Positions 59,079 to 64,000 of a stretch of 64,000 nucleotides of DNA are shown here, piece by piece. Position numbers and translations under genes: made by a program. Within the stretch, counting starts at the first letter, position 1. Each line of letters begins with the position of its first letter. Where the stretch lies: the NCBI GenBank assembly GCA_963668025.2, contig CAXXTH010000019.1:32001-96000 (forward strand). The letters run 5' to 3'. Below the pieces are notes generated by a model. It had not been told where the DNA came from, did no database searches, and saw nothing but the letters and a program-made list of their open reading frames with translations. This DNA is from Candidatus Hydrogenedentota bacterium (GTDB lineage: Bacteria > Hydrogenedentota > Hydrogenedentia > Hydrogenedentales > SLHB01).

Positions 59079-59117
59079 ACGGTGCTTGCGCCAGTCAATG
59101 GATGGCGCAAGCACCGT
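59079..59117 (-). terminator. Hairpin downstream of the GH109 gene
   Basis: Perfect 15-bp stem ACGGTGCTTGCGCCA / TGGCGCAAGCACCGT. Confidence 0.7.
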
Positions 59118-59140
59118 GCTTAGGCGGCAAAAGCGGGGGT

Positions 59141-60505
59141 CTAGTATGTCTCTGGGCGCATCACCTGCAATTCGCGCGGGGTTTTCCACCGGCCTCGCGT
59201 GAAATCGGGTATCTCTACGGGCTTGCTGCCGCCGTTAATCGATTTTTCGCTTAGCGGCCCGATCACCGAATACGCCACGGCATCATACACTTCGATATCT
59301 TGCTCGATGCCCTTCCGGAAAGCATTGATGACCCGATAATTTTCGATGTAGTCCATTCCACCGTGGCCAACGCCCTCGCCTTGTTTGGAAAGGGTCTGCC
59401 ATACGGGATGGTCATATTGTTCGTAATACTTCGCCGAATCTTCCCATTCGTGGCCGTCTGTCATGCCTTCGATATGGACAACTTCTTTAGGATATTTCTG
59501 CATGATGCCTTTGGTCCCTTGCACCAAAATATCACGGCTGTATGGGCGGGGTAGATTGGTGTCATGTGTCACGACGATGGTTTGCTCGTTTTTCGTGCGG
59601 ATCAGTGTCGTGACAACATCGCTGAGCTTGTATTTTTCTTTCGCTTGTTCGCTGTCCGCGCCAAAAAGCTCGGCCGCATATTCATGCAATCCATAAGAGC
59701 CGCACCCCATTGAGACCAGATAATCCAGTTGGTTGCCTCGATTGATGTCCATGCATTGTGCGATAGGCCCGAGGCCATGCGTGGGATACAGGTCGCCGTT
59801 GCGCTTGATGGCGTGTTCCCTGCGCCACAGGCCCTCGCCATAGTTTTCCCATTTGACTTCACGCAGGTCATGCAAATACCCGCATTTGCCATGTAGAATC
59901 CGCCCGAGCAGGCCTTTCTTGACCATGTTGAGCGCCAGCAGCTCGAAATGGTCGTAACAGCAATTCTCCAACATGCCGCAGTGCAGCCCTGTCTTTTCGA
60001 CGGCCTCGACGAGTTTCCAGCAATCTTCGACGGTATAGGCGATAGGCACTTCAGATATGGCATGTTTGCCATTAGCCAACGCAGCGAGGCACACCGGCAC
60101 ATGCCACTCCCACGGCGTCGCCGTGTAGACCACATCCAAATCTTCCGTCTCACACAGACGGACAAAGTCCGTCTTTCCTTTAGAATATCCCGCGGGCTTG
60201 GGGAATCCGGCATCCACGATTTTTTGCTGCGCGCTGGCGACTTTTTCCTCGACGATGTCGCACACCGCCGTGATCTGGCAGCCAGGGATCTTAAGCAGAT
60301 TCTGAACGTGGTTGGAGCCCATGCCGCCCACCCCGACAAAACCGATACGCACGAGTTCCATGGGTTTGCGAACGGCAGGCGCGGGAACCGACGCTGCGAA
60401 AACGGATTTCCGTGCGCCACTCCAAGCCGTGGCCAGTAATCCAGCGGCGCATGCCGCACTAGCCGTATTTCTGAGAAAGTCCCTGCGGTGAATCGAATCG
60501 TTCAT
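59141..60505 (-). CDS. Tat-exported GH109 (Gfo/Idh/MocA) NAD-dependent N-acetylhexosaminidase
   Basis: HRRDFL twin-arginine signal, GVGGMG, ATPWEWH, LENCCY, YPTHGLGP, GHGGMDY, PDFTRG. Confidence 0.92.
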   Translation of the reverse strand: MNDSIHRRDFLRNTASAACAAGLLATAWSGARKSVFAASVPAPAVRKPMELVRIGFVGVGGMGSNHVQNLLKIPGCQITAVCDIVEEKVASAQQKIVDAGFPKPAGYSKGKTDFVRLCETEDLDVVYTATPWEWHVPVCLAALANGKHAISEVPIAYTVEDCWKLVEAVEKTGLHCGMLENCCYDHFELLALNMVKKGLLGRILHGKCGYLHDLREVKWENYGEGLWRREHAIKRNGDLYPTHGLGPIAQCMDINRGNQLDYLVSMGCGSYGLHEYAAELFGADSEQAKEKYKLSDVVTTLIRTKNEQTIVVTHDTNLPRPYSRDILVQGTKGIMQKYPKEVVHIEGMTDGHEWEDSAKYYEQYDHPVWQTLSKQGEGVGHGGMDYIENYRVINAFRKGIEQDIEVYDAVAYSVIGPLSEKSINGGSKPVEIPDFTRGRWKTPRELQVMRPETY

Positions 60506-60960
60506 GATACCTCACCCCTATTGACAAGAGTCGTTCGCCCACATTTTTCCCACAACACAAAAAAACACACTGCTCTTGGTCCCATCTCTTCCAGCATCTT
60601 ACTTATGAAGCGTAACATACATGGTAAAATTTTTTCTTCTCCCACATTTCCTTCTCGAAAACCAGAATGGATGGGCGCAAAAACGGACATGAGAATACCA
60701 GATGATGGGGCAATAGGATTGATTCAAATCGGGAATCGTTTGTGCGATTCACCGATTTTCTCCCGTTGTATCTATTTGAAGCCATATCGAGCAGAAGCCA
60801 CAAATGGCCCGGATGTGGTATGCTAAAGCATGTGTTTGGAAAACGGTAATGCGGAAGAATAACGGACCGTCTCGAACCAATTAGTAAACACCTGGTTTTT
60901 ACATGCATGCGCCGGATGGCCGGGCTGGCACGTCCGCGCAGAGAAGGATAATGCGTTTCC

Positions 60961-61728
60961 ATGCGGTTCATTGTGTACAACATGCGTTATGGCACGGGAA
61001 CGGGATGGCGGTTTCATCTGCCGTTTCCTTTTAGCGGCTACCTGCGACCGACCGAACGCAATTTGAGGCGCATCATCCGGCTGCTGAAATCCCTCGACCC
61101 GGACATCATCGGACTCGTCGAGGTGGACAATGGTTCGTACCGTTCAAATGGCTTTAACCAAGCCAGCGTGATCGCGACCCAGCTCGGATTCGACCATGTC
61201 TACGAATCGAAATATGCGGAAAGATCCTTCGCCCGCCATATGCCCGTCATGCGCGAGCAAGGCAATGCGATTCTGACCAATCAACGTATCACTGCCCAGA
61301 CTTGTCATTATTTTAAGAAAGGCGTCAAACGGCTGGTCATCGAACTCGAATTTGATGATTTTGCCATCTTTCTTGTTCATTTGTCATTAAACTTCCGCCA
61401 CCGGCAATACCAGCTCGGGGATTTGTACGCCCTATTCCGCGATGTCAAAAAACCTATGATCGTGGCGGGAGACTTTAATGTCTTCTGGGGCCGCCGGGAA
61501 CTAGAGCTTTTCTTGGGCGCGACCCATTTGCTGAACGCCAACACGGAAGGATGGCCCACTTTTCCCAGCAACGCACCCAAGCGCCAGCTTGACTTCGTCT
61601 TGCATAGCCCCTCGATCCAGGTGAATTATTTCGACGTGCTCCATGTCGCCTTCTCGGACCACATGCCACTGGTCTGTGATTTTGAGATCCGCGAAGCCGC
61701 TCAAGCCGCCGCCGTTCATGCGCATTGA
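60961..61728 (+). CDS. Endonuclease/exonuclease/phosphatase-family protein
   Basis: YNM, DIIGLVEVD, GNAIL, GDFN, LDFVL, SDHMPL. Confidence 0.9.
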   Translation: MRFIVYNMRYGTGTGWRFHLPFPFSGYLRPTERNLRRIIRLLKSLDPDIIGLVEVDNGSYRSNGFNQASVIATQLGFDHVYESKYAERSFARHMPVMREQGNAILTNQRITAQTCHYFKKGVKRLVIELEFDDFAIFLVHLSLNFRHRQYQLGDLYALFRDVKKPMIVAGDFNVFWGRRELELFLGATHLLNANTEGWPTFPSNAPKRQLDFVLHSPSIQVNYFDVLHVAFSDHMPLVCDFEIREAAQAAAVHAH

Positions 61729-61798
61729 ACAAGCTTCAGGTTTAACTGTCAAGCGTGCAGCCGTATACTGAAGCGAAATCTCAATGTAGGAGGCAGGC

Positions 61799-62494
61799 AT
61801 GCAGCACGAAGATCGGCTTATCCATTTTTCGACGGAACTCTTTTTTCCGCCATTTCAACTCAAAGCACCCGTGTTGCAGCGGTTGTATTACGAGCTATCC
61901 CAGCTTCCGGGCATGGGGTATGACAGCATCGAGCTGGGCAAGCAAGGGCCTCCACGGTTCCATTCCAAGCGCGGGGAAAAAACGCAATCGTTAGCGATAT
62001 TCCTGCCCGACCGGGTGCTCATGGTGGAAGAATGGGTGGATATGCCTCTGTCCGTGTTTCTCGACAAAACCCGTGAAGTGGCGCGGCGCATGATAGACGC
62101 CTTCGAGTTTGAAGCGTATACCGCCCAAACCGCCACGGTTCGCAGCACGTTTGCATTAACTCACTTCGATGACGCGCGGGTGTTCCTGCTTGATCATGTA
62201 TGCAGCCAGTCCGGGCGGATAGGCCCTCATTTTCAGCGGCCCATCATGGTGGGCGGCATACGCTTTGTGCTGCCCCATGCGCCCAACATCCCTGGTGATT
62301 TGCATGTCATCATCGAATCGTACCGGCACAGCCGCAATGAAGTGTTCGTCGAAGCCAAATCCGTTTACAGCGCTCTTCACGCCACCGCTTCGGAGGTGTC
62401 GGCGCTGGCGGAAAACATCGAGCATACGCACGGCTTCATCCGTAACAATATTTTCAACTACCTTCAACAATATGATGTGAATCCCGAGGCCTGA
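61799..62494 (+). CDS. Hypothetical protein
   Basis: 231-aa ORF with RBS AGGAGG, co-oriented with its neighbours. No motif recognised with confidence. Confidence 0.7.
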   Translation: MQHEDRLIHFSTELFFPPFQLKAPVLQRLYYELSQLPGMGYDSIELGKQGPPRFHSKRGEKTQSLAIFLPDRVLMVEEWVDMPLSVFLDKTREVARRMIDAFEFEAYTAQTATVRSTFALTHFDDARVFLLDHVCSQSGRIGPHFQRPIMVGGIRFVLPHAPNIPGDLHVIIESYRHSRNEVFVEAKSVYSALHATASEVSALAENIEHTHGFIRNNIFNYLQQYDVNPEA

Positions 62495-62547
62495 TGTAAA
62501 CCTTTCCGGTGCGAGATGCGTTTTTCCCAATGAGGCTGGAGCCCGAG

Positions 62548-63123
62548 ATGGACTTAACCGCCATGAGCGACGAGGCGCTCGCCCTCGCGTTACAGGCGGG
62601 GTGCGAAGAGGCATTCGACGAACTGGTGCATAGGCATCAGGGGCGCGTCTATGCCGTCGCATACCGGGTCACTGGGAACCGGGAGGACGCCCTTGACGCC
62701 GCCCAGGAAGCCTTCGTAAAGGCGTATCGGAAAGTGGGGTCATGGCAGCCCCGCAGCGGTTTCGTGCCGTGGCTCCTCCGATTGACGGTGAACCAGAGCA
62801 TCGACCTCCTGCGCCGGCAAAAACGCCACCGGCATGCGCCCCTCGAGGACGCGCTGGCGCAAGGCGAGGGGACTGCCTTGCACGAGGCCCGCACGGATGA
62901 TACGCGTACGCGGGTGGCGGCGGATGAGATCGGGGCGCGGGTGCAACAAGCGCTGCCTGCGTTATCCCCAGCCCAGCGGGCCGTGTTTGCGATGCGGCAT
63001 TATGAGGGATTGCCGCTGGCGGATATCGCGCAAGCCATGGGCTGTACGGTGGGGAGCGTGAAAGTCCATCTGTTTCGGGCGTTGCGCAAGCTGCAAGCCG
63101 AATTGAAAGATTTGTATGAGTAA
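62548..63123 (+). CDS. ECF RNA polymerase sigma factor
   Basis: AFDELVHRH, DAAQEAFVKAY, WLLRLTVN, and region 4 IAQAMGCTVGSVKVHLFRA. Start uncertain. Confidence 0.92.
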   Translation: MDLTAMSDEALALALQAGCEEAFDELVHRHQGRVYAVAYRVTGNREDALDAAQEAFVKAYRKVGSWQPRSGFVPWLLRLTVNQSIDLLRRQKRHRHAPLEDALAQGEGTALHEARTDDTRTRVAADEIGARVQQALPALSPAQRAVFAMRHYEGLPLADIAQAMGCTVGSVKVHLFRALRKLQAELKDLYE

Positions 63124-63158
63124 TGGCCCGGTGGGGCGCCGGGCGCTGGGGACACGGC

Positions 63159-64000
63159 ATGATGGCATGGTGGTTACACAAGCGGCGGATGCATGGGCTG
63201 ATGGCCGCCGCAGCTCATGGCGGACTCGAAAGCCAGGAGCAACAGATACTCGAACAGTATCTGGCGCGGCATCCGGATGCGCAACGCGAATTCGAAGCGA
63301 TGCGCCATTTGGCGCGCACCCTCCCCGCGGAACGCATCGAACCGCCTATCGACCTGTTATCCCACATCCGCACCCGCCTGGCGGAAAGCCCGCCACGCGC
63401 GGCGGGAACGCCTTCCTGGCAATTGGCCGCCGCCACCGCCGCAGGTTTTGTGCTCGTGGGCGTGTTCGCCTACCAAATCATGTCCGCCAGTGTGGACGCC
63501 CCATCTGGCAAGGGCGGCCTTTTGGCCTCCTCATCCATGGAACACCTCATTCATGAAGCATCCGCGTTGAGCTACCAGCGGGATTATGCCAATGCGCAGC
63601 AGGTGCTTAAAAGCGTCTTATCGACGTATCCTTCGGATCCGCATTCCCTTGAAGCTAAAAACCAATTGGCGGCTTTCGGCGTCCAGCAGCAACAGCTTGC
63701 CGAGGAATATTTCGAGCAGAGCCACCGGTATCACGATGCGTATGAAGCCTATAATGTATTGAAACACGAATTTCCCGAAACCTTTCAGGCCGATATCCGA
63801 AACGCGGACCGCCTAGATCTGCTGGATGAAGCGCGCCGGGTGAATTACGCTTCGCTCACCGAACTCGATGCGGCCAAAAACAAACGCAGCGGAGCCTTGG
63901 AAGCCCTTGAACAGGTGATCGCGCGATATCCGGCGGTTCCTGGCAGCGTTTCGCCTTCCATGGTGGCGTCGCTGGCCGCGGATGAAATGGCTCAACAGGT
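63159..64000 (+). CDS. Transmembrane anti-sigma factor with periplasmic TPR-like repeats (runs off the window)
   Basis: Manual translation: MMAWWLHKRRMHGLMAAAAHGGLESQEQQILEQYLARHPDAQREFE..., TM WQLAAATAAGFVLVGVFAY, then VLSTYPSDP and VIARYP TPR-like helices. Missing from the ORF track. Confidence 0.75.
   Translation, partial: MMAWWLHKRRMHGLMAAAAHGGLESQEQQILEQYLARHPDAQREFEAMRHLARTLPAERIEPPIDLLSHIRTRLAESPPRAAGTPSWQLAAATAAGFVLVGVFAYQIMSASVDAPSGKGGLLASSSMEHLIHEASALSYQRDYANAQQVLKSVLSTYPSDPHSLEAKNQLAAFGVQQQQLAEEYFEQSHRYHDAYEAYNVLKHEFPETFQADIRNADRLDLLDEARRVNYASLTELDAAKNKRSGALEALEQVIARYPAVPGSVSPSMVASLAADEMAQQ

Noticed and set aside
63116-63570. Track ORFs 63116-63556 and 63217-63570 as the anti-sigma factor or a frameshifted gene
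   Set aside because: The third frame, starting at 63159, is open to the window end and gives a coherent anti-sigma-TM-TPR protein.

Overview
GC-rich bacterial chromosomal segment, probably Candidatus Hydrogenedentota. The taxon is inferred from DUF1559 pilin-like proteins carrying RL[KR][15 protein letters not shown] and from LPVAG-type C-terminal anchors; it is not provable from this window. From left to right: (1) Housekeeping genes: cyclophilin, pheA and uvrD/pcrA. (2) A sigma-28-type promoter driving a YjfB-like gene. (3) A class IIC group II intron (4860-8110) inserted in that gene's terminator, with its RT split by a fresh IS4-family element. (4) An IS66 element, followed by an intact but apparently catalytically dead IS1634-derived ORF. 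(5) Envelope and recycling genes: MurNAc kinase-MurQ fusion, wecE, TolC and skp-lpxD-lpxC/fabZ. (6) About 37 kb of carbohydrate-utilisation genes. Two loci in this block start with a prepilin/DUF1559 gene plus a secreted partner bearing a C-terminal sorting-like motif, then a strong hairpin and glycoside hydrolase genes; locus A also carries a URO-D-family gene and an ABC importer. An orphan PilC/GspF lies between the loci. Three near-identical promoters share a palindromic operator, and one of them has no downstream ORF (candidate sRNA). (7) tRNA-Cys and tRNA-Leu, further glycosidases, and an ECF sigma/anti-sigma pair at the right edge. No CRISPR array, rRNA or prophage was seen. Family assignments come from motif recognition by eye, not from database searches.
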